A DNA stretch of 64,000 nucleotides from Phoronis australis. Taxonomy: Eukaryota > Animalia > Phoronida. The notes below the pieces were generated by a model. That model made no database searches, was not told the origin of the DNA, and saw only the letters and a list, made by a program, of their open reading frames with translations. A program made the translations under genes and the position numbers. The stretch spans positions 171,887-235,886 of the forward strand of contig NMRA01000298.1 in assembly GCA_002633005.1 (NCBI GenBank), in the 5' to 3' direction. Of this stretch, positions 24,064 to 37,999 are shown one piece after another (the first letter of the stretch is position 1; every line of letters begins with the position of its first letter).

Positions 24064-27000
24064 TTATTACTCTGCGCGTGAAAGCGCAGAGTATTGCTGT
24101 TCTACGTATTTTGACTTCTTATTACTATGCGCGTTCAAGCGCAGTTTTACTGTTCTACGTATTCTATCTTCTTATTAATTTGCGCGTGCAAGCGCAGAGT
24201 TTTACTGTTCTACGTATTTTATCATCTTATTCTTCTTATTATTATTGTTAATATTATTATTATTATTCTACCTTCCTTTTCCGATTGTTATTACTCTTAC
24301 ATCGACTCAGTTACAACAATCATATTCACTGTGATTGATATGATAGTTAAGGGATTTTTATTGATTATTTTTTTTACCCAAAACGCACTGGAATGACCTG
24401 AAACATGTCAAGGAGTGCATTCCGTCAAAATGCTTCTTCGTCTACGGATTTTTATATAGACTCTTTGAACTTTGTAAACAAATAGGGACTAAAGAAGTGC
24501 ATCAGAAATTTACACGGATTTCCTTTCGGACCAAGGGAACTGAGTTTCCTGGTCAAAGGTCATTAAGTGCAAAAGTGATTTTTGAGCTAGACTTTTCATA
24601 TTCATGCATGTGGCTTCTAGTCACCAGGGAAGTTCAATCGCAAACTTTTGGGTCGTTAGGTTAAACTCTGGGGTCATTTAATGCACTTTTTTCTTAAATT
24701 TCAGACTTTTTCAATCTGCTCATTCTTATATTATTCATTATTGAGAGGGTTCTTATTCATGGTGGTTCAAGCAATGGGCATTCTAATTCTATTGATTACT
24801 TGGGTTTGACTCAAAATGCACCGGAATGACCCGAAACGGGTCAAATAGTGCATTCCCTGAATTTGCTTCTTCTTGTACATTTTTTTAGATAGACTCCGAA
24901 TTTTGATAACAAGCAGATACTAGAGAAGTGCACCCGAAATTTACGTGGAATTTAAATAGGATAAAGGGAACCGAGTTTCCGGGTCAAAGGTCATTAGGTG
25001 CAAAAGATTGTTGAGCTAGAGCTTACACAATCGCGTATATTCTTTTCATTCGTAAAGGAAATTCAGTCACCAACTTTGGGGTCATTAGGTGCAGTTTTCC
25101 GTTGATATTCTTACTCTTTACTGTTGCTCTTTTATAGTTACCAGAGACATCTCTCTCTTTCACACAAAGGATGCAACTTCTATGCAGTGTAATGCTCCTA
25201 TACTTCACTATGCACATGCATACACCACGCACAGAGTTGTAAATGCGCATACGCAATTGCGTTATAGTTCTTATTCCTATTCTTCCTTCCTTTTCAGATT
25301 GCTATTACTCTTACGTCGATTTATTAATAACAATCATATTCACTGAGGTTGATACGATAATCAAGGGATTTCTATTAATGATATAGTTTGAACCCAAAAT
25401 GCACCGGAATGACCCGAAATGGGTCAAGGAGTGCATTAAATCAAAATGCTTCTCCTTCTACAGATTTTTAGATAGACTCTTCGAATTTTGTTAACAAGGA
25501 GGTACTAGAGATCTGCATCCAATGATTACTTGGAATTTAAATCGGATCAAGGGAACCGAGTTTCCGGGTCAAAGGTCATTCGATGAAAACGTCATTTTTG
25601 AGGTATACCTTTCATAGTCACGCACATGATTAACATTCATTAATGAAGTTCAGTCACAAACTGTGGGGTCACTAGGTGCATTTTTGGGGTCATTAAGTGC
25701 AGTTTTCTGCCAAATTTAAGACTTTTTTAATCAGCTTTTACTTACACGATACATTAGTGAGAGCGTTCATACTCATGGTGGTTCAACCAAGTACTAATCA
25801 AATTCTATCGATCACATGGGTTTGACTCAAAATGCACTGGAATGACCAGAAACGGGTAAAGGAATGAATTCTATAAATTCCTTTTTTCTTCTACAGGTTT
25901 TCAGATAGACTCTTCCAATTTTGATAACAAGCGGACACTAGAGAAGTGCACACGAAATTTACTTGGAAACTAAATCGGATAATAGGAATCGAGTTTCCGC
26001 ATCAAAGGTCATTAAGTGCAAAAGTGCTTTTTGCGCTAGATCTTACATAATCACGCATATAGTTTTCATTCGTAAATAAAATTAAGTCACAAAGTTTTGG
26101 GTCATTAGGTGCAACTGTGGGGTCATTAGGTGCAGTTTTCCGTTGATATACTTACTTTTCACCCTTGCTCTTAAATTATTACCAGGGACATCGCTCTCTT
26201 TCATACAAAAGATACAACTCCTATGCTATGTAATGCGCCAATACTTCAATACGCAAGTGCATACACCACGCGCAGTGTTGTAAGTGCGCAAACGCAATTG
26301 CATACTAGTTCTTCTTATTCTTATTCTTCCTTCCTTTTTCAGATTGTTATTACTCTTACATCGATTCGTTAACAACAATTATATTCATTGTGGTTGGTAC
26401 GATAATGAAATTATTTTTAGTCATTAGAATATTTTCATCCAAAATGCACTGGAATGACCCGTAACAGATCAAGGAGTGAATTCCCTTAAAATGCTTCTTC
26501 TTCTAGAGGTATTTAGACAGACTCTTTGACTTTTGTAAGTAGGCGCTAACGAAGTGGATCCAAAATTTACCTGGATTTCCAAGCGGATGAAGGGAACTGA
26601 GTTTCCGGTTCAAAGGTCATTAAGTGCAAAAGGGATTTTTGAGCTTGCATGTAATTACCATTCATAAAGGAAGTTCAGTCACAAACTTTGAGGTCACTAG
26701 GTGCAACTCAGGGTTCATTAAGTACAGTTTTTTGATAAATTTAAGATTTTTTCAATCAGCCTGTACAGGACTTACTTAATTAATAAGGGAGAGCGTTCAA
26801 ACTCATGGTGGTTCAACCATTTGCCCAACAAATTCTATTACTCACATGGATTTGACTCGAAATGCACCGGATTGACCGGAAATGGGTCAAGGAGTGCACT
26901 CCGTCAAATTGCTTCTCCTTCTACAGGCTTTTAGATATACTCTTCAAATTTCACTAACGAGCAGGCACTAGAGATCTGCATCCCAAATTTACTTGGAATT

Positions 27001-27908
27001 CCGATCGGATAAAGGGAACTGAGTTTCCGGGTCCAATTTCATTAAGTGCAAAATTGATTTTTGAGCTAGACCTTTCATAATCATGCATACGATTACAATT
27101 CAAAAAAGAAGTTCACTCACAAATTTGGGGGTTACTAGGTGCAACTTAGGGGTCATTGAGTGCAGTTTTCTGTTAAATTTGAGACTTTTTCAATCAGCTT
27201 GCACTTAAATTGATGCATTAGGGAGAGCGTTCATATTCATGGTGGCTCAACCAATTGCCAATCAAGTTCTATTGGTCACTTGGATTTGACTCAAAATGCT
27301 CCGCAGTGACTCGAAACAGGTCAAGGAGTGCATTCCGCCAAGTTATTTCTTCTTCTACATGGTTTTAGATTTTTGAAAAAGCAGGCACCCGTGATCTGTC
27401 GATCAGCTTCTATTGATCACATGGATTTGGCACAAAATGCACCGGAGTGACTCAAAACGGGTCATGGAGTGCATTCTGTCAAATTGCTTCTCCTTCTATA
27501 GGTTTTAGATAGACTCTTCAAATGTTGTTTACAAGTAGGCACTGGAGATCTGCATCCGTAATTTACAGGGAATTTACATCGGATAAAGGGAATCAAGTCG
27601 AAGGTCATTAAGGGCAAATTAGTGATCATTGAGCTAGACTTTCCATAATCAGGCATATACTTTTCATTCGTAAAGGATATTCAGTCACAGACTTTTGAGT
27701 CATTAGGTGCAAATGTGGGGTCACTTGGTGCAGTTTCCCCTTGATTTTCTTATTTTTCACTCTTGCTCTTTCATACTTACCAGGGACATCGCTTTCTGTC
27801 ACACAAAGTATGCAACTTTTATGCAATGTAATGCACCTATACTTCACAATGCTTGTGCAAAGACCACGCGCAGAGTTTTAAGTGTGCATACGCAATTGCA
27901 TTCTAGTT
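24064..27908 (+). mobile_element. Three nested DINE-1/Helentron-like non-autonomous elements with internal tandem repeats of about 430 bp
   Basis: Subterminal inverted repeat ACTCTGCGCGTG (24069-24080) / CACGCGCAGAGT (27865-27876), 5' hairpin, TTA/TTC microsatellite, 3' stem-loop. Three heads (24069, 24124, 24177) and three tails (25226, 26267, 27865). Internal units begin AAATGCAC.GGAATGACC near 24380, 24812, 25396, 25829, 26440, 26860 and 27292. Confidence 0.75.
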
Positions 27909-30900
27909 AATGCTGCTATTGTTCCTGTTTTAATATTAATTTTGTTGTTGTCAATTAGAGTACAGTTTCTGTTACTATTACTACTATTTTTAATTATATT
28001 ATTATTGTTACTGTTATTGTCAATTTTTATGCTGAAGCGAGATTAACTTATGTTTCCAAATTACATTGTAGTTATTTGGACCGCAGAGACAAAGTTGTGG
28101 GCTAAATCTCAAGTCACACCTCAAGAAACATTGTTTTATTTTTCGAGTAGAACAAAAATCATCTAGTTTTTCATTTATTGCCTTTGAGCACGGTGAAGCA
28201 AGTTCTGTAAGGGTATCACGGACCTCACTCAATTCTGACTACATGTTTCATGAACTAAACTTCACACCTGCTTAGGTCCAGGTAATTTTGTCATTTTTTT
28301 CACGATCGTTTTGTCGATTAGTGCTTAGACATTTTTCGAGAGCTAACAATTTTTGACAAACATGACGCTACATGTAGCTTTTAAGTCGACCTGTATTTAG
28401 ACCTCGCGGTGTGTATTGGGCGAAGAGGTTCGCTTCAGAGAAGTATAACAAAACCGAGAAAGCGAGCCAAAATTCCACTAAAAGGCAGGAAGTGACAAAA
28501 TTCGGAGAACGCTCTATTTACAGCTCATTTTTAACGTAATGGGTCCACATTCCCAAATATTCGAGCCCTATTTTTAGGCTGGTTCAGTGCATGCGCCGTG
28601 AATTCATTGTCACATAAACCGATTTACTCTTGCGCTTGACAGAGGCAAGCCTCTACTCTTTCGTTTAGGACCGTCGCTGTACTCTTTTGATGTGCAGGTT
28701 TGGGGAGGTGCGCATGATTAATTTCACAGACTAGAATCGCTGCAGTAGGCCTACATTTTTTCTTGGGAACAAATGTGAGTGAGGGATGACTCACATGATT
28801 GAGTAACGGATTTTTTTTACTTTTGTGGCTTCGTTCCACTTTTTTCTCAAAATATTGCTTTTCCCGCAGTGTGCATAAATTTCTGTCAATGGCACTCCTT
28901 AACCAGCCCAAACATTCCAATAATCCTGCAAATGCTTCCATGTTTCCTCTTCAGGATAAACATTTGAAAGAAATCGGCAGGTATGCCGTGAGTGATTTCC
29001 ATTCATTTCACGTGAAAGGATGTCAATAAAAACCACGTGCCTAAAAACGTCGTTCAAATCTCGCTGTTCTAACATAAGCACTTATAATACAGTCAACACG
29101 ACAATATCATAGGTCTTGCTCGAGTAACTGTGATATATTGGGTATTTTTCATATATTTAGGAACTTCAGGTGCAAGGGATTGATATTAGTGGCCTGTCGT
29201 TTGACAGAAAAACTAATAAACGAAAGCTTTGGAGCCTCTAACGCACTGGAATTCTTCAAGTAGTATGATTTGTCATCCAGGTTTTACAGTCATTGTATAC
29301 CAGGTAGTTTTTATTTTGTCATTAATCTACTCATCAATTTTAAGAATGTTTTAATTTTCTTTCTGTAACACAATGCAAATTGACATTTTTTTATTTGCAT
29401 GTTATAGTTCTAGTTAATTTATACAAATATGTTATTCTTGCTAATGTATAAATGTCCATTGTCATCCTAAATAATACTCAAACTTGCACTAAAGCTATGG
29501 CCACAAAATTTCACGTGTTTACTATCTTTCATAACTACTTCCTTATTGGAAATGAATGATAATAAAACATGTTCAGAACTTTGTTGATTGTATACAGTAT
29601 AATTTCAAAAAAGTTTTGTTGAATTTACAAAAAAATGGTGAACAATTTCAATAATGGTTATAGTGATTTTTTAACAGGAATGGCTGTTGGAACTGCAAAA
29701 CAGGCGGGAAAATCGAACTATTTTGAAAACTTCACACAGAGAATAAAGATTTTGCTTGGTGTTTTATTTTATGCTTGATACCACATGTTTATTTTTGGGT
29801 CAAAACCTGAATCAGACAAACAGTATTCATTATCTGTTAAAGCTGCAATATCAAGCGTATAGTTCCTTTTCTTTAATAATTCATGGAGTGACATTTCATA
29901 TTTTATTCAACTCATAACTTGCAATGACAACCAGACAACGGTATCAATATGTTTCGTTACGTATTTAAACTTGCCTTTTTAAAGCACGTTCAATTTCTAT
30001 TCAGGAATTCATCCAAGATTTCCAAAATAGCGTGTCGAAAAGGGCTTTCCAATACTTCAGGCTGCCCGCGATAACGACGACCCATTACCTCCACCGCCAT
30101 GCATCACCAACGCCCACAATGATTGTTTTTACAAAAAATACGTACATGTAGTTCAAGGCGTTTGCATCTGACTTTTCAAAATACCCCACTTGTAGAGAAC
30201 TCTTTTACTAAAAATTGCCGGACCTACACTTTTCGCTATACATTTACGAAAACAGTCAAGCAGCTTACCAAACAAATATTAGATATTTTCACAATGCACT
30301 TTGCGGATGATGTGTGGTCTATATTATGGCAACAGGTGTCATTGCCGTTCCAAATTAAAACAATAAATTTCACATTGAAGTGCATGAAACAGTATTAAAT
30401 TTGAATCGTTTGTATTAGGTTTGTCTAAACCTTACTTCGATCGGATCAGAGTGATGTTCAATCCCTGCAAAATCACAATAGTGACATTTGAAAGGAGGCA
30501 TTCAGTTTAAAATTCATTTTGAGGCCTCTATACTGAAAACGCAGACTTGATCTGAAACAGTGGAATTGAATTGACAGATGGAATAATACAAAGGCGAATT
30601 CTTTATTGACTCGGGTACCCTTATGGACTTGGAAGGGGTAACTAGACAAAATGCTGGTTTACAATTATGTTGATGATCGTAAATTATGGGTGTTGGTGGC
30701 CGTAAATTATGGGTGCCATGTGCACACACAATAGGCTTTTTGAAATTGACATGCAAGTGCTGTGAAAGAAGTTCTTTAAGAAGCCTGTTGTTGGTCATAA
30801 AATATCCCAGTTAGCTTCTGTAAGTTAACACTGAGTAACAAAGGGTCTGTGGTCCTGGATGAAGAGATAATTGTTTCATTACGCCTATTAATTTTGAATA

Positions 30901-32857
30901 GCCAAGCATAGAATGCTGCAAAATGGGCATGCCAAAAATTATTTTGGGACAGCTAAATCAATAAAAGGTTTTAAAAATCGTGGTTCCTCCACACTCCAAA
31001 ACGATTCACAGAATTTCAACCAGAAACTGGAGATAGACTGCAGTTATAGTAGCCAGTTGAAAGTTTTCATATTCAAATTAGTTACTTTACAACTTTCTTT
31101 ACTCAAATTCCATGAAGGGGTACATAAGATAAGACCAAGCACTTTCATCAAATTTCCCTGTCCCCAGCCATTTATTTACTCAAGACAAAATAACCAGTAG
31201 TAACCTGCTCAGCCGTTATTAATGCTCGTAATGATCTGTCTTTGGCTTATACCCCATTGCCTGTGTGGTCCCATTCATAGCACATTTTCCTGTAATAATG
31301 ATATGCAACTTGAGAATCAGATTTCTCCACTGAATAAAAAGGCATAAAATTGGTTGCCTCCCACCCCACGCAATGCTTTGTATGATCTCTTTTCTCGCAA
31401 CAAACCTCGGTCTACCACAACTACTCAAGTTTGCTTGCTTTCAACCTGAGGCTGTCATCGCTCATCAACTGCTTTATTTTCAAATGGACTAGCTAGCTGA
31501 CTAGTTGTGCATATAGTCCCTGGTGACAGACGATGGCAATGGAAATCAACGAATAAATACGCAATTCAAGTCCAAAGTCTTAAACTTTCCAGCGAGTAGA
31601 AATCCAACCCACAACCATAGACCGACAAACCCCATTAACATTACACTCAGTTTCAGTCACAAGGTTCGCCTAGGCCACACTTCAAATATTACTCCACTCG
31701 AGTAAAATCAGTACGTAATTTCCCCCTGGTAATGGTTTCATCTAAATTTAAGCGTAATAGTTAGACTGTTTAGCTCATACAGGGAGCAATATCGTCATCA
31801 AAGTGTTGCAGAAACGAATAAATTACCTAGCTAAGGCGAACTTGTTTTTGAAGAAGTACCTGAAACATTGACTATTTGTATCGCACAGCATTAAGGGTAG
31901 CATTCGTTTGTTTTGATCATGCATAATTTAAGAAAATAAAAAAATAAAAGGAAGAATATGTACAGGCAGTAGACCAACCTCATACTTACCAAAAGCGATA
32001 ATTAATTAAAAGAGAGTTTGTTTCAAATGTTTATGCATTAACGCAGATTCACCCTGTTTTTAAAACGGATCATCAATGGGTTTACTGTACGCAAAAAAAA
32101 TAAAATGGAACTTATTTGCTTCTACATGTAGGTTTTACTGTACATGTAGAACAAACGCCTCTAGATTTGTCTCAACCAGAGACTCAATCAACTTCACAAA
32201 AGCGCTAACTTGCTTGTGTCGCCCAGTATTAACATGCATTTATTTGTCATCAATATGAGCTCCTTGCTGCATGGTGACAATTTGTTAAAGCATAACTAAG
32301 CACTTTTTTGATGAGAAAGGAATTGCAAATTACTTCAGTCCTTCCATCAGCAGATCTCCCTACTTACTTTCAATGATATTCAAAAAAAAACGTAGAGTTC
32401 TCTCTTTGTTTTGTTTCAAAGGAAAAAAATCGCAACTAAACCTAAAATAATACACGGGCAAACAGTGTTTTACAGGTCCACGAATGTGAAAAACATTGAT
32501 GGAACTTGGTAAAGACTAATTTATATATCTGGGCGTACATCCCATCAGAGTAAAACCCTTTCTACATATTTGCTATTACTCGTAACGCGACATTGTATCG
32601 ACTTCGTAGGCAACCATCGCAAAAATGGGTCCCATACTACTTTCCTGAGACAAATCAGGTTGGAGCAAAACACTAAGATCGTAAAATTGTGTCGTAAACA
32701 TGTCAATGCATAATGATTAGTCTTATGACAGTCGTATACGAAATTATAAAAATCTGAATTGTAAACAGGGTTTTACGTGTCACAAACTGTCGCTGTACTC
32801 AAATAACGGCATTATGCGCAACCCACAGACCGTGTACTGTCGCAACCAGGTTCTAAC

Positions 32858-33226
32858 CTGATTTGTTATGAAGTTGTCAATTCTTATCTTGTTTCCAAGA
32901 TTTCTTCCCTGTTTCCTCGGTCTTCCCTGCGACTCCATATAGTGATAACTTTCCTGGGAGAAATAGCATATTCCTGTATTGTCTTCGTAGTAGGCCGAGG
33001 TGCAAGCTGCCTCTCTCCTGCAGTAGAGTGCGCATTCCATTTCACTTCTTGTGCCACTTCGTTTCGCGAAGTATGACGGTGAAAATGATCCTGTTATACT
33101 TGAAACAGAACAAGTAGATGCCAGTGAAATGGCCGAGCAGGTTTGGATTTTTTCAGCAAATAGTGTGTCAGATTGACCAAATTTAACGAAGTTTAAAAAT
33201 ACCGCTGTCCAAACGGACAAAAACAT
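32858..33226 (-). CDS. Gene A putative coding exon 1: signal peptide plus PAN/Apple-like module
   Basis: ATG at 33226, 369 nt open: MFLSVWTAVFLNFVKFGQS-DTLFAEK...SEMECALYCRREAACTSAYYEDNTGICYFS...NQ. The C-x3-C-x5-C...C spacing is PAN/Apple-like. Ends CAG|GTTAG, phase 0, matching the phase-0 exon at 22275. Joining across a 10.6 kb intron is inferred. Confidence 0.7.
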
Positions 33227-33906
33227 TTTACGTGTCCTTATGAGCCAGAACACCTCACGACTGTTTGCCGTTCCATGTATTTTTGAAAGTCATTCTCACA
33301 AACTAAACAAAAATACGATGTCCTTTGTGTCTCAAGTTTAATTATAGAGAAAATATTTAACATTTATTTTGTCATATTCTGAATGTTTGATTAATCTCGT
33401 GAACGGAAACCTTTCAAACCGTAACGCGTATTTCAATAATACATATTCACAATTGATTTTCCCCACGTTTTTTCGATACAATGTTTCTCAGTTTCAGAAC
33501 CACGAAATAATGTATATATGTAAAGATGGCCGAAAATTGTGCTTCTCACTGAAGATGAACTACATTTCCAGTAACCAGGGGTCTCTTTCTCGAGGCTTTT
33601 ATCTTTCAGCTGTATTCAGTCTAGGGATAGCTTAGCATGGTTCATGAAAACCCGACTTCGGTTGAAAGTGAGAAAACCTGACACAAATCCAAGACTTGCT
33701 TTACCAGACAAAAAAGAAAATGTTTTGTAGTCAGATTTCCGACTTTTGGCTGAAATCAAAAGACAGAAGTCAACAGTCTCTTCAAAAACTGTCCCCAGGT
33801 TTGCAAAAGGTACAAATTCATTGACAACATATTTTGGGAGGAACACGCGTGAAATAGGCCACTGTATAAGTTCAGCACAACTCTAGCGCTTATAAATCCA
33901 CGCGCG

Positions 33907-34063
33907 TAAGTTCAAGGTGAAGACTTCGTTGACCACCAGACGACGGCTGGATGGCAGCAGGTGTAAGCGTCGTTGTACATCTAGCAATAACCAGGACACG
34001 TCTGTGCTTACATGTTCAGTCTCATGTTAAAGCTTCATGCTGGAAGGTCGCAAAACCCGCCAT
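33907..34063 (-). pseudogene. Decayed copy of terminal exon 12
   Basis: Homologous to 41394-41539 (GGFCDLPA, QTCPGY, AYTC, RLVVNEVF). Acceptor mutated AG to AA, three in-frame stops and a frameshift. Confidence 0.85.
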
Positions 34064-34099
34064 TTGAAAAAGAGTTAGACATATAATCGGCTTAAAGTG

Positions 34100-36050
34100 G
34101 CGAATATCAAAGGATTAGGTTCTAACATCCAAGAGTGAAAACAGAAACCTGAATTAAAGAAGCGAGATATTTACTGAAAATCTGGCAATACAACCCACAC
34201 AATGATGAAAGTCTGACAAAACACTTATTATGCCCCGACAACATTCTAACAGATTGGTCAATTTGGTGCCGTAACACCTAATTTCAATAACGTCTGGATA
34301 GGTATTCTGTGTGGTGTGGAAAATCACAATACTGCCAGACTCGAAATACAGTATCACAACAACTTTGAATGGCCATATGATCAGGAGTACAATGTTCTGG
34401 ACCCAAACCTCAAATGTTGTCATGAATTCGACTTCCATGTAAGTATATGTAACCACAGCTCAGCAATCGATAACTTCAATCCGTGGTTTCTCGTGTAGGC
34501 CAAACTATAGTATCTGTTCAGTGCAGTGCATAATCCTACATGTACGTGTATCTCGTCATTGGTTTGCAGTCTACATTTACTAAAGATTAGACAGAAGCAC
34601 GTCAAGACAGGCAGAGTCACCGTCTCAACCATCAGTAGAAGTGTAGGCCATCCCATACACTGTAGGCCCGTCATCCGCCGGAAGCTTTTCGGGGAATTAC
34701 GCGAACAGAGGGACAACTTAGGAGGCCGCTAACAAATACTCTCTTAATCAAACTCATTTTTACAGAGGTCCTTCGCTCATTTGCTCAAATCGACAACTGG
34801 TTAATTTTACACTTCTCACGCCAAGTATGGCGTCATAACCCCAGGCACTGTCTCATGTCAGGTTGGAGCCGGTGTAAAACAGAACTGCTCTCACGTATGG
34901 GCCCATTCTTTGTTCCTGATTACTTAACAGTGATTCTTAGTGACACGACCCTGTACATGTATGTAGAATTTCTAAATGTTTTAAGTTTTAAGGCATGTTT
35001 CGGAGTCTCCGGCAAAAATATCGATAAAAGGGGGAGTGTCATGAAGGACAATCGACAGACAGCAGTGATTTTCCAGTGTCAATGTCCTATCACCTCTATT
35101 TAATTACATAATTGTTCAATTATAAGCGCTGCTTATTGGTTAGTAGGCGTACATGTACTTTCAAAGTATTCGAAATGAACGGGTCAATTTATGACAAATA
35201 CTCACTTGATACACAACAAATTGCAACAAAAGGTTTCAGTGATGTCTTATGCAAATGACCTGGANACGCGAACAGAGGGACAACTTAGGAGGCCGCTAAC
35301 AAATACTCTCTTAATCAAACTCATTTTTACAGAGGTCCGTCACTCATTTGCTCAAATCGACAACTGGTTAATTTTACACTTCTCACGCCAAGTATGGCGT
35401 CATAACCCCAGGCACTGTCTCATGTCAGGTTGGAGCCGGTGTAAAACAGAACTGCTCTCACGTAAGGGCCCATTCTTTGTTCCTGATTACTTAACAATGA
35501 TTCTTAGTGACACGACCCTGTACATGTATGTAGAATTTCTAAATGTTTTAAGTTTTAAGGCATGTTTCGGAGTCTCCGGCAAAAATATCGATAAAAGGGG
35601 AGTGTCATGAAGGACAATCGACAGACAGCAGTGATTTTCCAGTGTCAATGTCCTATCACCTCTATTTAATTACATAATTGTTCAATTATAAGCGCTGCTT
35701 ATTGGTTAGTAGGCGTACATGTACTTTCAAAGTATTCGAAATGAACGGGTCAATTTATGACAAATACTCACTTGATACACAACAAATTGCAACAAAAGGT
35801 TTCAGTGATGTCTTATGCAAATGACCTGGACCCTCCTGTCTGGGTCTGGAGACTTGAAGACAATCGATTTGTACCCAACCTTACCGCCATGAATGCTGGT
35901 GACGTAGTACGCCCCGTTGCAGTTACAGACTCGGAGAGGATGGGTTTGCATGTACATCTGCATGTCAGTGGTTTGTGCGAAGAGAGATATTGTGACAATC
36001 CGTCAAGCCAAGTCCATGAAGAACGTGAAGAGAGTGATGAGGATTGAACT
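34100..36050 (+). mobile_element. Heavily decayed Academ-like transposase relic
   Basis: Fragments EIFTENLAIQPT..MMK and a C-terminal LDPPVWVW...FVPNLT followed by Cys-rich RCSYR..GL.CTSAC..C..CDN and an acidic tail. Extensive stops and deletions. Confidence 0.45.
34699..35830. other. Probable assembly artefact: near-identical 565-bp tandem copies joined by a single N
   Basis: 34699-35264 and 35266-35830 differ at only a few bases; N at 35265. Confidence 0.85.
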
Positions 36051-37653
36051 GAGGTAGTACGTGTAATGGACATAACATTCTTAGACGAAATTGAAATCCA
36101 TAATTTCCATGTATTTTGTTTACAAATAAATATTTTATTGCCACATGGTGTTAGGTCGATTTGATACAAACATATACAGTTTAAGGAAAGAAGGTTTGCT
36201 GATTAATGTTATTGAGCTTAGTACAACCTTGTAACCTGGGTACTGACTCTCCGCCAGCGCATTCCGGACACTACAATCCATTAAATTGCAGTCAGGACAT
36301 GAATGCATCAAAAATTGATCCCTATTAACTCTTTCTCAGCGCCTTAAAACACCGTCTTTGACATGGTAGAAACTAGCTGAAAACATTTAATGACAACCAT
36401 TGAAAATAAATTGATTCCCACATTGCACCATACTTCATGATGACACTTTGTACAATTATGTAGGTTAATTCAGAATTGGCTCAGAGTTACAAATGTATCT
36501 TTACTGTCATGGAGCGAACACAGAGTGTATCAATATAGTTTTTATCGTGTGCAGACAATAGATTGATACACAAATGTGCAAAAATTTGCGCAATTCCAAT
36601 GAATGTTTTACGAAAAGTAAAGATTAATGTTCGGATTTTGTTTGGCCAACCGATATAGTGGACAACTTTTTCATATTTCATTCTTGATTTTTTTGTCGCC
36701 ATCCTGAATTTCATGTTAAATACTCATCGTATCTGAATTTTAACCACACCAGTGTGTGGCGCATCCCTTAAAACCATAGACTACAACCTAACAATATATC
36801 TCTATCACGATTGTTGTGGAAATTATACCAGTTTTTAGTAATTTCGAAACGTTGTTGCTGCCGTCTTGGAAATGACCCAGTTTTAAGCTATTTCCGGTGG
36901 TCATATTTCTAGTAGCTTTTTTCCTGCTAATAAGGGCATAAAATCACTGTAAACCTTTTGACGCAATGTGTTGTGCGTCATGTGGTATAATGACTCGTTC
37001 CAAATGGATGGCGCTTGATTTGGATAAAACGCGAAAAGTGAGATTGGCGACTTTTATTGTCAGTCATGATTACGTTACTTCTGGTGCGAAGGGAGGATCA
37101 AATGCAACAATGCTGTTGACCGGATGGGAGGGTGGGTGAAATGAGAAGCACCTTACAACGATTGCTGGGGCGGGGGGTAAATGCAATATTGAAATGGTTT
37201 TCGAAAGGGGAATGATTTTTTTTTGCATTGAACAGGTGGCATCGTCCCTTTTGCCCTAATCCCGTGACTATGCCAGTGAGCGGGACTATTGAAGAAAGTT
37301 TAGATAATGTTTCCAAGCTAGCCGCAATGAGATCCATGTTATCTAATAGGGTCTAACATGGCTTGTTGCAAAGAAGTGTGAGATGATTAACGTTCTTATT
37401 AATTTTTTTAATTATCAGAAAGTTAAGGTCTAACTTTGCACAAGTTAAGTTGAGAAAGTAAGATATCTGAAATGACCTAGCTCAACTGGCATATTTCAAT
37501 AACTATTTTTTGTTTGTGGATAACTGGTGTTGACGTAAGTGCTAGGCACTTGTGGACGCTGGCGAAACGTAACACTTCGTCAGCGTAATAATTAAGTCTA
37601 CTAGTTTTAACTCAACCGGTTTACTTAAATTATGCAATATTAATCGCACTTAC

Positions 37654-37879
37654 ACGATGAAGCGTGATGTTGGCTATCATCTACATTGTCCGTTCGATGG
37701 AACAGTCTTTGATAGACTGTTATAGAAACTTTCCAGGCGCGTCGAACATTCGGCCCCATTGACGTCGGATACAAACGGGCGCATCCTGGTGGGTCTTAAG
37801 TCGACTCGTATTGTTGCAAAACATCGGTGAAGTGTCATAATAGTTCACTTTGAGGTGATTTTATTCTGTAGTTGACTGA
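37654..37879 (-). pseudogene. Decayed copy of exon 11 (CTHRC1-type domain 3 core)
   Basis: Same 226-nt length and AG/GTAAG ends as 47256-47481, but in-frame TGA and TAA plus compensating indels. VYQRLFHRTDNVDD still readable. Confidence 0.85.
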
Positions 37880-37999
37880 CTGCGAATAACAAAGTAAAAA
37901 CGTTCAGTTTATGTACATGTACCTCCTGGCAAGCTGTTCGAATAATAGAGATCTATAGTCAGTTGGTAAAAACATCACGTACAGCTACTGGGGCCTGGA

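Noticed and set aside
23802-24396. Hydrophobic 149-aa and 89-aa ORFs as membrane proteins
   Set aside because: They read through ATT/TTA microsatellite and the repeated element heads; the hydrophobicity is compositional.
24380-27700. CRISPR-like array suggested by recurring GGTCATTAGGTGCA
   Set aside because: Intervening sequences are homologous between units rather than unique spacers, no cas genes are present, and the DNA is eukaryotic.
30400-31450. Possible integrase-type DNA transposon relic on the minus strand (GRPRF, RTTDP, TNNR words)
   Set aside because: Only isolated short words with no catalytic motif or termini; too weak to call.
33886-33900. TATA-like element upstream of gene A exon 1
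   Set aside because: About 670 bp from the ATG with no transcription start evidence; such words are common in AT-rich DNA.
34699-35830. 565-bp tandem duplication as a real recent duplication
   Set aside because: A single N at the exact junction and near identity point to an unmerged contig overlap or two haplotypes.
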